From: Fimicolochytrium jonesii
Lineage: Eukaryota
Direction: 5' to 3'
DNA: 64,000 nucleotides
NCBI RefSeq assembly: GCF_025526975.1
Contig: NW_026515668.1
Location: forward strand, 496,001-560,000
Positions within the stretch are counted from its first letter, which is position 1. Every line of letters begins with the position of its first letter. The position numbers and the translations under genes were made by a program. Under the pieces are notes generated by a model. It saw nothing but the letters and a program-made list of their open reading frames with translations. It had not been told where the DNA came from and searched no databases. Below, piece by piece: positions 27,864 through 39,642 of this stretch.

Positions 27864-30800
27864 CCAGCCAACCACGACGTCCGCCCCTTCAAGGCAAACG
27901 TGGATTCCGGTTGCACGGATCATATGACCCCCTATATCGAGGATCTAGATCCATCTTCTCTCCAAGACTACCACCGCCTTATTGGACTCGCGGATTCGAC
28001 TACCATTACCTCTCAAAAGAAGGGTACCGTACTTATCCAACCTATGTCCGGCGGCGAAGTTCTCGCTCTTCGCGACGTTCTATTGGTTCCCAGTCTTGCC
28101 CAGCCGCTTATATCTGTTGCTAAATGCACTGACAACGGCGTCACCGTCTCCTTTCACCCCACCGACGTCGTTACGTTCAACACCGACCGACATTTACTCG
28201 CGATGGGAATGCGCAAAGGCAACGCGTACTATTTAGAAGGACGGGTTACTACCTACAAGCCCAATGCCCAGGCACTGGTCGCTTCCATAACCCCCCAACT
28301 TCTGCATCAACGTCTTGGACACCCTGGAAACCACATTCTCCCGGTTATGCCTAAGATAGTAGAAGATTGGCCTTCAGTGGGGGCTACGCCGGACTCCGGC
28401 GCACGCTGCGATCCATGCGCTTTCGGCAAAGCTACCCGCCTTACCTTCCCTAAATTGACATCCCCGCCCCACAAACCCGGCGAGCTGATACACAGCGATT
28501 TACAAGGTCCATTTCAGATCCACGGCATTGACGGAGAGCGCTACAGTCTCGCGTTCCTCGACGACGGCTCCGATTTCGCCTGTACCTACTCCATCAAGGA
28601 CAAGGAGGCATCCACTATTACCGCAAGGTTTATGATCTTTCATAAGTGGCTCAAGAATCAAACTGGCGTCTCCCTCAAGATCCTACGTACGGATAGGGGG
28701 CGAGAATACACTGGCGCGCTCACGTCGTACCTACACGACAATGGGATTACCCATGAGTCTACTGTCACGTATTCTAGTCAACAAAGCGGAAAAGCAGAGC
28801 GCCTCAATCGGACGTTGCTGGACCGCATACGCGTCATCTTTGCGGACACTCACCTTCCCCGCAAGCTCTGGCCATACATCCTGGAGGCTGTCTCTTACCT
28901 GCACAACCTCTACCCGCATTCAGTTGCATCCCCGGACGCCAAATCGCGCTCCAAATTCCTTACCGGTCGCCGCCCGAGCATCGCGCATCTGCGCAAGCTC
29001 GGCTGTCTCACGTATACTGTTGTTCCACCCAAGGGCCGGGACTAGATGGCAAATTGTGCTACCATGACGTACCTAGTGGGCTATGCTCACCAACAAGGCA
29101 CCAAAGGTTACTATGTCTGGGATCCAGTTCGCGACACTGTCGCCGTCTCACGTGACGTTCGTTTCGACAAATCTACTGGACTCCCTGAGCACCTTCGTCA
29201 AGATCCTGCTCTCCTAGATCTTCTAGAAGATGCTCCTACCTCGCAAGAGGAGTTCCCTATCGAACACATCCTTTCTGAACGTCAGCGCCGCGGCAAGAAC
29301 GTCCAAAAGGAATACCTCGTCAAGTGGGTTGGTTTTACTACCCCTACCTGGCAACCACGCTCTGATCTCATTGAGACCGAAGCGTTGGATATCTGGGAGT
29401 CTCATCCAGACGCTTTCAACGCCCGAACCATTGAAGCCCTCTTGAACGCCTTCAACACGCGTACCGAAGACACGCCTCAATCCGTCACTATGACCTGGCG
29501 ACAAGCAATGGCCTCCCCTCAATCAGCTGACTTCAAGCTCGCAGCTGATAAAGAGTTCCAAGCCCTCGTTGATAATGGGACTTGGGAGCTCGTACCCCGT
29601 CCGCGAAATCAGCGCATACTTGGTAGTACTTGGGTACTTCGTCAAATCTTCAATCCAGACGGTACTTTCAAGAAATTCAAGGGCCGTGGTGTAGTTCAAG
29701 GTTTTCCTCAATCCAAGGGTATTGATTATAACGACACCTACGCTCCCACCCTACCCATGTCAGTTCTTCGCCTTTTCCTCTCCATTGCCGTCTCTCTTGG
29801 TATGGAAATCCATCAACTCGACATCCCCAACGCGTTCTTACGCAGCGATATCGACGGACCCGTCTATGTTGAACAATTTCAAGTCTACGAAGATCTGCAC
29901 AAGCCGCGCGCAGACTGGGTATACCTCTTACGCAAGGCTCTATACGGTCTGAAGCAGTCTCCGCTTCTCTGGTACCGTACTCTTTGCGAAACCCTCAGTT
30001 CTCGCGGCTTTACTCCGTTAAAGAACTGCCCATGCGTCTTCTATTGCTATGCGACAACGACGCGCACTCTGGACGCCCTCCAGATGCTCCTTATCTATGT
30101 GGACGATTTCATCGCCTGCTGCTTTCCCGTACACGTCAAACAAGTGAAAGGTGAACTATGTTCCCATTTCAACTGTACGGATCTCAGTCCCATCAAGAAC
30201 TGCCTGGGTCTGGTATTCGATTACCAGCTCTCGCCGTCAGGGACCCAACTCAAAATCAGCAATGTTACCTATATCGACGGTTTACTTGAACGATTTGGAC
30301 AACAAAACGCTACCCTGGTCTCTACGCCGTGCGCCGTCTCTGCGCGTACCCGACCAGCCTCCGCAAGCCCCCCTTTTCATAGCAAGCTTCTCTACCAGGA
30401 AGCAGTGGGGGCCCTCACGTGGGCATCCATTACCTGGCGCTGAAATATTTCAACTGCCGTCGGCTTCGTCGCATGTCAGGTCTCAGCTCCTACCCAAGCC
30501 GACTGGAATGATGTACTTCGCATCATGCGCTACCTGAAAGGTACCCGCACCTTCGACCTTACCTTTAAGTCGGTCATTCAGATCAAGCTGGACTTCGCGT
30601 CTGTACAGACGCATCCTACGCAGACGATGCCAACGACCGCAAATCTACCGCGGGCATCGCCAGCTTTTTCAAAGGTCAGCTTATCTACTGGAAAAGCACC
30701 AAGCAGAAGTGCGTAGCTCTCAGCTCCACAGAAGCTGAGTATATCGCCGCATCCCTCGGTTACAACGAGGTCATCTGGCTCCGCTCGATTCTCGCGGAGG

Positions 30801-31108
30801 TCTTCGGCGACAAATAGGGCAACATCAAAGACCCCACGCCACTCCACATCGACAATCAGAGCGCACGCGAGATTGCCAACGCCACGGCTATTACTCAACG
30901 CTCCAAACACATTGACGTACGCTACCAGAAGCTACGCGACGGCATGGCGGAGAAAGTTGTCGTACTCCTCGACACCGCGACGCAGGAACAACTGGCTGAT
31001 TACTTCACAAAGCCTTTTCCTCCCGAGACACATACGAAATTTATTCAAGCAATTCAAGAAGGACGTGTCGCTAGCAATAGACAGCCGGCGACGACTACGT
31101 CCGAATGA
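27864..31108 (+). pseudogene. Copia pol (protease, GAG-pre-integrase, integrase, chromodomain, RT, RNase H) with premature stops and a frameshift
   Basis: VDSGCTDHM, HQRLGH..CDPC, IHSDLQGP..LRTDRGREY..AERLNRT, QLDIPNAFL, ALYGLKQS, IYVDD, SSTEAEYIA and KHIDVRY. Stops at 29043 and 30441; RNase H region frameshifted. Confidence 0.92.
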
Positions 31109-31819
31109 GACATACGGAACACCCATACCAGGACGGCTTCTGGGCACTATATACGACTTTGGCACCTTAACCCACCACCGTGATAGCTGCCGCTGCCCCC
31201 GCACCGGGGGCTCCACCGGCTCCGGCTCCGCCTCCACCAGGCGGACCCCAGGACTACCTCCCCCGCCGTTTCCGTCACCATCTCCAACCTCACTCGAAGA
31301 CAAATCATCCATGTGCTTTCGCAAGTACTGGAGTCGCTTCATCATCTTGTCTCGCTCCCGTCTCTCGACCGCATCACTGCGGCGCTTTGCCTCTTTCATC
31401 TTTTCTTTCGATATGCTGCCTTTTGCCTTATATCGTGACTTCGAGACTGCATTACATCCAAGGTAGTCTGCCTCCTCCATCAATGCCTCGAATGACCCCT
31501 TCTTTCGCTTCGATCGATCCAGTTTCGCCTTCGTAAACGCCAGGTGCTTCGCGGGGTTCTCATGGTTATCCTTGCGGTACCTCAACGTCGATACCTCCGT
31601 TGCCAATCGAAGAGCTTCTCTAACTCGGGCTTTCAACATCAAAGAGTCGCTTGCGGACGCTGCGGACGATGCGCGCGTAGAGCGCGTAGTCGGTCGTGAG
31701 GGTCCTGGCGGAGGTGCAGCTGGAGGGGCTGCTGGTCTCACCGTCTTACGGGCCGTTTGCTTCTTCTTGCCGTCGCCGCTCTTCTTGCCACTCCCGCCGT
31801 TCTTGCCTCCGTTCGCCAT
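30932..31819 (-). CDS. Antisense basic (K/R-rich) ORF in the copia 3' region, unknown function
   Basis: 295-codon ATG-initiated ORF between pol and the 3' LTR; only its last ~60 codons overlap RNase H. Confidence 0.5.
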   Translation of the reverse strand: MANGGKNGGSGKKSGDGKKKQTARKTVRPAAPPAAPPPGPSRPTTRSTRASSAASASDSLMLKARVREALRLATEVSTLRYRKDNHENPAKHLAFTKAKLDRSKRKKGSFEALMEEADYLGCNAVSKSRYKAKGSISKEKMKEAKRRSDAVERRERDKMMKRLQYLRKHMDDLSSSEVGDGDGNGGGGSPGVRLVEAEPEPVEPPVRGQRQLSRWWVKVPKSYIVPRSRPGMGVPYVSFGRSRRRLSIASDTSFLNCLNKFRMCLGRKRLCEVISQLFLRRGVEEYDNFLRHAVA

Positions 31820-32086
31820 TGTTTCGCGTATCGTGTGGTAGTCTGGGATACGGTAGTTGAGTATGGGGAACGTTGGTCTTACCTCTCTGGGGGTGACTGA
31901 CAGCTGTCTCTTGTTTTAAACTCGCGGCGTTTCCCCTTCTTTCATTTTTACTCTTTCATTTCTTTCATTTTTTAGTCATAGCTATTCATCCCCCCGACCG
32001 CCCGCTTTTCGCGTACGGCCGCACCGCTGTACTCATTGTTTGTTTTTCATCTTTCACTTAGATAGACTCGTGAGTTTGAGTGGGGG

Positions 32087-32321
32087 TGTTGGAGGTATCA
32101 TCCTCCCGAGTCCCCGGTTAGGGTTCCCGTAGTTTATTCCCTCACGTGACACCCCTCCTGCTTACGCCACGGTTCCGCGTACGGGACTTCACTCTTTTCT
32201 TCCCCTTCAGACCTCGCGTCCTCTTCACACTTTAGACTTCAATACATACTTCACAGTACAGCATTGCACACTACATAGAGTTCGCTCAGTCATCTGCTTC
32301 CTCTGCCGACTACTGCTAAGT
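32087..32321 (+). repeat. 3' LTR
   Basis: Direct repeat of 25827-26061. Confidence 0.95.
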
Positions 32322-33240
32322 CTCTCGACCATGGGTATGGTAATCTTCTCGTTCGTACGGCTGATCTTCTATGCAACGGTGGCTTGCTGGAACCAGAAGC
32401 GGACGACGTGCGACAGCAGCATGTATGGCATTTTGTTTGTCGACCCCTGGACACTGGACGTCCGCATCTCCATCAACGGCTTTACTGCACGCCAGGCTTT
32501 TCTGTGGGCGGTCGGCCTAGTCCGCGGTATCTCCACTCCCGGTTCGGTGCTGAATATGTTCATGTCAAAGAAGCTGGCATACGATTGTAGTGTCCATTTG
32601 GCCCGGATAGCGAAAAGAATGAATTTGAGCAATGTCAACTTCTCCGGGCTGAGGAAGTACTGGCGCGCAGGAGGTAGCGGGAACATAGGTGGATCGCCAG
32701 CGGGGTATCCTCCTCCTACTGGAATTGCATCATCGTATGGTTGATCCTCCTCCTCGTACAGGTCGTCGTTGTCCAAGACGAGCCCTTCAAAATGCTAATC
32801 CTCATCATCTTCAAACCCATCGGCAGCGTCGAGTGCTATGTTGAGGTCAAGGTGCTGTGTATAATCGTCCTCCCCGTAGTCCAAAAAGTTGGCCTCGTCA
32901 TCATTTTGTTCCATGTCATCCTCTATTCCATAGTGCAAGTCCGGCTGTGCAAGTTCGTCGGGAACAACAACCCTGGCCTGTCCATCCGCTGGTGGGGCGC
33001 CTTCTATATCTACCCGGTCTGGCTGATTCTCAGCAAAGTGGATACAGAGATGGATCTTCGCAAAGTCCTCATAGCTGTCGAAAGTACCGCTAAATCCGCA
33101 CTCCCTGCACACAATCTGCGGACGAGGCTCACGATGCCTAGATTCCTTTCGCAACTCCGTACGTGGCGATAAATGTGGTGCAGGAACCTGGTGGGAAGAT
33201 CCTTTTGACAAGCTGGTACGGGGCATCGGAGCACGGACAT
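32322..33240 (-). pseudogene. CACTA transposase 5' part (two C2H2-like zinc fingers, acidic tract), frameshifted
   Basis: MSVLRCPVPAC..HIYRH and VCREC..HLCIH, then a D/E-rich stretch. Same strand as, and contiguous across the copia TSD with, the catalytic part. Confidence 0.65.
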
Positions 33241-33963
33241 CGTAGTGGGTCTAGGTATAAATGGTTATTTGATACGATGGTGGCACAGCCTATCCGGAAA
33301 GGGATGAAGAGCACATTGGATAAGATGACAGGTTCTTGTTCCGCCTTTTTTCTTGATCAACCAGAGTCGCCATGTGCAATGACGATTCTCAGTTTGTCAG
33401 AAGGATATCGGAAAAGCAAGAGTGATATGCCAATGGTTTACTGGTGATAATCTGGGTGATAATGCAGCATTATGAATGATAAAGCCCTCGCGCATGGAAC
33501 AATACGTTATTTTCCGATAATGATTAATGCATACTTATGAATCACGTGATTATGCATAAGTATGCATGACATATGATTTCATGGGTGGCCGGCGGCAACA
33601 TTCGACCAATAGCTTTAATTCATGAATTATTTAACATATTCATTTGATAATTAAAACATATGGCGTGTTTCGATTATGCATTTGATTATTCGTCGCGTGG
33701 ACCTGCATTATCATAAGTATGCATCGGCTGAACCTTAATAAATCATGGATAATTAAAATTATCCATGGCGCGTTTGACCCGTAGTGTATAGAGTATAGAG
33801 GAGGGGACTTGCCCATTGACGAATTTCAAGTTCCATGGTGTCCAAAGAACATACTTTACATACTGTACATATAACAATCTACGCAGAACAGAATGAGGAA
33901 ACTACAAATTACACTGAAGAGACCGAGGCCTGCGCCCAATCCTTCGTTGAAATCAGCATTCAT

Positions 33964-35618
33964 CTAAACGGACGCAGCACCCAACTTCTCAAAAGCACCC
34001 AACAAATCCCCCTTCAACAACTCCCATTTCTCCACACCCACACTAACCCTAAGCAAATTCTGCTCGATCTGCTTATCACTCAGCGCGCGCCACTCAATCA
34101 AGCTCTCTACGCCGCCAAGACTCGTGGCATGCTTGAAGAGTGTAAGGTGACTCGGCAGGTGTCGAGCGAGGTCTGGCGTCTTTAGTGAGAGTCCGAAGAC
34201 TGGGGAGTAGCCGTTGGGCATCTGGGCTGGGAGCCATTTGGTTGTGGAAGGGTCGAGAACGCCTTGGAGGGAGGAGTGGTGAACGGTTTTGACGACACGG
34301 CGGACAATATCGATTTCGCGTTGGGTGGGCTTGTTAGCGGTAGGGGCAGTCCCGGATGCCGTTGGCAGCTTGTTGTCGTCCGACAAGCACGTATACAGCC
34401 AGCGTACGAGCTTTTCCGCGCTCTCACTCTGTCGGGCTACTCTGAGCTCCAGCGTCTTCAAGCTGCGTAAGCACAGCCATTGCTCCATACTGCCCATGAT
34501 GCTCCCCAAGATAGTCCGCTCCGTCAGCAGCTCCTTGGCCCACTTGCGTCCCCTCTCGTCATCCTTCAATGTGATGACACCCGCCAGCATGTCGCTGTGC
34601 CCGCCAAGATACTTGGTGCCCGAATGCATGACGATGTCCGCTCCTTGATCGAACGGGTTCTGCAGGCCAGGAGGCGCGAAAGTGGAGTCGACAAGCAGAT
34701 ATGCCCCTGCTGAGTGGGCGATCTGAGCATAGTGAGCGATGGAGAGGGATTCGCCGGTTGGGTTGACGGGGGTTTCGAGGTGGATGATATCGCCTGGTTG
34801 GAGTGAGGAGCTAGGCGTAGATAGCGGTACAATGCTGAGGGAAGTGAGCTTTTGATGAAGTTGAAGCACTCCGAGAGACCCGTGGTAGCCGGGGCTGAGG
34901 GCAACGTTGCGGGGTTTGAAGTAGGTCTGATTAAGAGAAGAGAGGACGGAATTGAGTGGACATTGAGAAAGCAGGGAAATCGGTTTTCTCCTACGGCCAA
35001 ACTGGCGCAACGTACGTAAACGGCAAATAGCGCGGCCAATCCGTTAGCGTATGTGATGGCCTTGCCGTGTGTCAAGACTGACAGCTCATCCTCAAGACGC
35101 GTAAGATTGGGTGCAGACTCGCGAGAGTAGACAAATGGCTGGACGGGCTGGCCCTGGAAATATCAACGTAAATGAATGATAAGAAGTAGTGAATTCAGCT
35201 CCCGACAAGCTGGAGATGTGATCAGCGGGGGTATTCTGGCGCTACGGCGCATTGGCGGTCGCCGTCGCTCGCGCGAGTCTCAAGCATTATTCCGCCTCTA
35301 GCTTCCCGTCGATGAGAAGCTAACTACAGCCAACTTCCGCTCGCTTGTAGGTCCTGGGTTCGCTTCCCGCCAGCCTCATGCCTTCCCTATCGCTCCCCGT
35401 CCCAACCCCAACGCCCAGATACTTACCTGACGGTCAATAGCGGGAATAAGCAGGTCCGGGTCCTGAGCATACTCAAATGTCGTGGTGAGGTGAATAGGCG
35501 GGGCGACTTCTCTCGTGTTGGTGATAGACTGATCTCGGGTGGCGGGGTGTTGCTGGTCGGTGTTGACGCCGAACGTGACGGCGGTCGTGGGAGCCGGTGA
35601 GTCCCCGCTTGGAGGCAT
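33964..35618 (-). CDS. Cys/Met metabolism PLP enzyme (cystathionine gamma-synthase/lyase family), multi-exon
   Basis: VAPPIHLTTTF, YSRESAP, LETPVNPTG, VDSTFAPP, HSGTKYLGGHSD (PLP lysine), ATSLGGVESLIE. Confidence 0.93.
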
Positions 35619-36550
35619 GTTGCTGGTGGTGTGGCAGACGGCTGGTAAAGAGGTGGGGGGGGGGGGGGGGGGGCGGCTGGATGTGGTCAGTGCGCTGAGT
35701 TTTTATGGGCGGCCGGAAATAGGCATATCAGTTTGAGACTCCATCTCGAGGGGGAGGGAGGGGGAGGCCCTTGTGCGACTGGCGCGTTCTGGGTGACTGT
35801 GGTGACAAATCCTGCCCAACGCGTTGGCGGAACCCCATGCAACGGCTCGAAGTGAGTACGCCTGGCACTCGCTAATCCCAGTATCTGATGTTACCCGCTG
35901 GGTACTCCAATTGTCTTCAAGACTTCGGCTGCTCGAGTTGAAACTGAAAGGGTTCGGCATCCCGTTGGGGGCCACCACAAGCGATCGGTCTTTCAAGCTA
36001 GGACTCGGACAACTGTGACAATATGGCTTCCTCCACCTCTGGCAGATAACGCGTGATGGAGCGCGGCTGCTCGTCGTCCCGAGAAGTGGTGAGCTCACGA
36101 CGCCGCTGTGCTGAGGTGCCCAATTAATGGGTCTTCGGGGCAACATGTGGGGAGCCCGCCATTCCGAGGTATCGCTGCCGGCCATGACGCCCTCTCCCAA
36201 GGAACGCACACCAAAAAGCGACGCTAAGGCATCGGTGTCCGATTTGCCCTGTTGCTGCCACAAATAGAGAGCGCCAGATCTGTTTAATGTTGAGAGTGGG
36301 TGGTAGTGGTATCGGGGGATTCTCTTTCGGACACCGCTCGCTCAGCTTCTCACGCGTTTGTTCCTCCGTGTCACTCCGCAAGGCACAAGAAGCACAGCGG
36401 GGAGAAGAGGCCATCTGATCTACAGGCAGGGAGGCGGCGCTTGGAGCTCGCTCGTCTACTGACGGCCTTCCAACAGTGAAAGAAGGGTTGGATATATAGA
36501 TAGAAGGCCTCATATCTTTTCGAGTTGCTTCACAGGTGTGCCATAGGTCA

Positions 36551-39218
36551 ATGAGCGATCCTTCAGTGGCCGACCCATGGGCCGAAGGCCCACTCCCCAC
36601 ATTCAATCCCGACGATATTCACACCCAAGCCGAGGTTCATACCAGCGCTGTTACGATTGATGTGCCTGTTATATACCCTCCCAGGCCTTCAGAGGTTCTT
36701 CATAGCGGTCACTTTGAGCCTGTCGAAGATGAGCTTGACAACGAGTCCCTCATCTTGCCGCCGCGGGATGTTCCATCAGCCTCGTTGACCAGAGGCAGTC
36801 GACGTGGGAGCTTTGCAACAATCGGTGCAGCAAACGAAATGTCGTCGCTACTAGCTATCGACTCGGCCGACGACCTGATCCGAAGTGTTAGCGAGCTGTC
36901 CTCCAATGCAAGTGAAAACGATGAGCTAGAGGGGAGCGGGGAGGAACGTCCGCCGGCGCCTACCCTCGTCTCTTCGACTCTCAACGTACTGAACACAATT
37001 TTAGGGACGCAGATGCTGAGGTATGGTCCGGTGCGGTCGTTTGAGGGCTTCATGCATTGGTATCTGCTGAGCGTGCGAACTTTGCGGTATCTGTCAATTC
37101 CTCTGGACTGAGCCACAAAATCGTCCCTCCGTAACAGTATGGCTTACGCATTTGCTAAAATCGGTCCAGTTACGGGCACCATCATCCTCATCATTTTCGC
37201 CCTGGCCACTCGTAGCAGTCTCCGTTTCTTGGTCCAATCAGCTCAGCAAGTGAGCTATCACGACACACGGCTGGCTGTTCTTACAACGGCGAACACGCCA
37301 TCATACGCCACTTTGTGCCGTGCCGCGTTTGGCTCCTCTCGCTCAACAAACAAAGCAGGATCGGAGCGTTCGGTTACGCTCATTGTCATGCTGGTGGACG
37401 TCATGATGGTGTTTGCGTGCCTTGGGTTCGCCGTTAGCTACTTGCAGATGATTGCTGATGGCGTTCCGAGGATTGTTTGGGAACTTGTGCCCGGGTGGGA
37501 TGGCAGCGGAGAGTGGATTGTCGGATGGATCTCGAATGGCCAATTCTGGCTCTTTGGTCAGTTGAATCTAAAAGTTCCTAGCTGGTCGTGTTCGCCGTCT
37601 ATTAACCCCAATCCGTCTGAACTTCAGCTTTTCTCATTCTACTGATACCACTATCGCTCTCACGCGACGTCGATGACTTCAAATGGTTCTCAGGGACGGC
37701 GTTTGCGTGCGCGGTGTATATGGCGTTGGTCGTCGTCATCTGTTATTTCACGCATTCCGCTGTCCCAGCGGAGGTCACAGAACCCGGCAACGGCCCCGCC
37801 GCACCAACGCCTCCGGGGGATGGAAATCAATCCAATCGCCCTTGGTATCTCCTAAATGATGACATTGTCGGCACCTTACCTATTTTTCTATTTTTATTCA
37901 CTTGCCATCAGAATGTGAGTGTCTTCTGTGCACCTGTGAGCTACCGTCGCTGTAACTAATATCCGATGCTTCCAGATATTTTCTATCTACAACGAGCTTA
38001 ATACATCACCAAACAGCGCGGAGAACACAGCTGGCACTGCGTCTCCCAAAACCGACGCATCGATAATGCACATCATTGATCTAGCGATTTTCCTATGCGT
38101 CGTTATATACCTTGCTGTCGGGTGGGCGGGGTATTTGACATTTGGAGCAAAGGCAGAGGAAAGTCTTTTGAACAACTGTGAGTAGAACTTTGCTGGTCTT
38201 AATCTGCATCCCAGTCTGACCACTGACCATCCCGCAGACAACGCTATCGTAATAACAAACAGTGGCACGGATATCCTTTGTGCTGCTGTCCGCATTTTCA
38301 TACCCGATCCAACTACACCCCTGTCGCGCAGCACTGGACTCGATCCTAGCATATTTTTGGTCCCCATCTCCATCCTCATTTCGCCCATTCGGCGGACCTG
38401 CAGGACGCTACTCCCGCCTCGAAGCGCCGCAAAGAAGCCAGTCCGGTCATCGAGTGCATCGCCGCTCCCTCGCCGGTCTCTCCCGCTCCGCTTCCGCATC
38501 GATGGCGACACCTATACCACACTGGCTAAGCAGCGCCAGTCCATCCTCATTCTCCCTCTCATCTCCACTAAGCATGTCGCCTTCCCAATCCTCAATATCC
38601 CTCGGGGCAAGCCCAGACCCTGCATACCCCCCACCGCACCACCACCGCCGCCGATCCTCCCGCCGATCCCGCGCCCGCGGCTGCTGCGGGAAAATCTGGC
38701 AATGGTGGTGGCGCCGCTTTCGACAACTCCTAAACGGAATGGGGATAGAGACGGGCGACGAGAGCAGCGGCGTTATATCGCCCGAAACACGGACGAGACA
38801 TCAATTGACTCTCTTGCTCCTATTCTTGACGTACCTGTGCGCGGCCTGCCTGCCCGACCGCATCCTAGACAAGGCGCAAGTTTTCATTGGCGCGACGTGC
38901 GGGGTAGGGATATGTTACGTATTACCTGGGATGATGTTCCGCCGCATCGTGTTGGCAGACGCCACACGGACAAGCGATGATCGGGTTAGACATAACGTCG
39001 ACCGGGGGTCGATGTTTGAGAGGGGACTGTCTGTTTCGGATTTTGAGTCGGAGGGGCAGTGGAAGTTGATGGGCGTATCTCATGGGACGCTTTTGACTTG
39101 TCTGAGGCAGAAGGTTGTGATGGACGACCTTTCTTGGGCAACAGTGGGCGCTTATTCTGTAGAGGTGCTGGGCTTATTCTGTGCATGCTTAGGTGTTGTA
39201 TATTGTTTCATGGCATAG
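36551..39218 (+). CDS. Amino-acid transporter (Aa_trans; Avt5/6/7, SLC38-like), multi-exon
   Basis: LNVLNTILGT, LPIFLFLFTCHQN, FSYPIQLHPCR, FIGATCG..YVLPG; multiple TM segments. Confidence 0.85.
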
Positions 39219-39642
39219 ATACAGTGTGGATATCATAAAGGATGCTATGGAGTTGTTTGCACACCGGCTGTGAGCCTTTCTTGGGTCATGCGTTGAACCC
39301 CGGAGGAGGCGAGCGAATCCTTCCGCCAGCACTCTATCGGCATTATGAAACCATATGTCCTAATCAAAGCGGATTGACCAGCGACTGTTTGGCCTGATCG
39401 CCAGGTGCCTCGAAAAAAGAGACTACAGAAACCTACGTGCGATGGATCTCGATGACTTATTCGCTGTCTACCTAATCCAGCACGTCAATCTATGACTGAG
39501 CCCGCAAACCCACTGAGCATCCGCTCACGCGAGCTCTCGTTGATGACTCGGGCCCGTCGTCGCGCTGTAAGGTGTCCCTCCTTTATCCGTGCTATCCCAG
39601 CTTCTGATGTCGGATCGGACCTTTCTGAACCCTTGGGAGGCT

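Larger units (their letters stand above)
25827..32321 (+). mobile_element. Ty1/copia LTR retrotransposon, defective
   Basis: Paired 235-bp LTRs, 5-bp TSD CTCTC (25822-25826 and 32322-32326), PBS-like GGTTATGAG at 26062, PPT GAGTGGGGG before 32087, and gag-PR-IN-RT-RH domain order. Confidence 0.95.
20054..33786 (-). mobile_element. CACTA/EnSpm DNA transposon, decayed, with a nested copia insertion
   Basis: Left end CACTACGGGCCAAA (20054) and right end TTTGACCCGTAGTG (33786) form a 13/14-nt TIR. TA flanks both ends. AT-rich ATGCAT subterminal repeats at ~20070-20330 and ~33460-33770. Transposase motifs inside. Confidence 0.9.

Noticed and set aside
35655..35673. G19 homopolymer
   Set aside because: Simple repeat upstream of a gene; no evidence of function.
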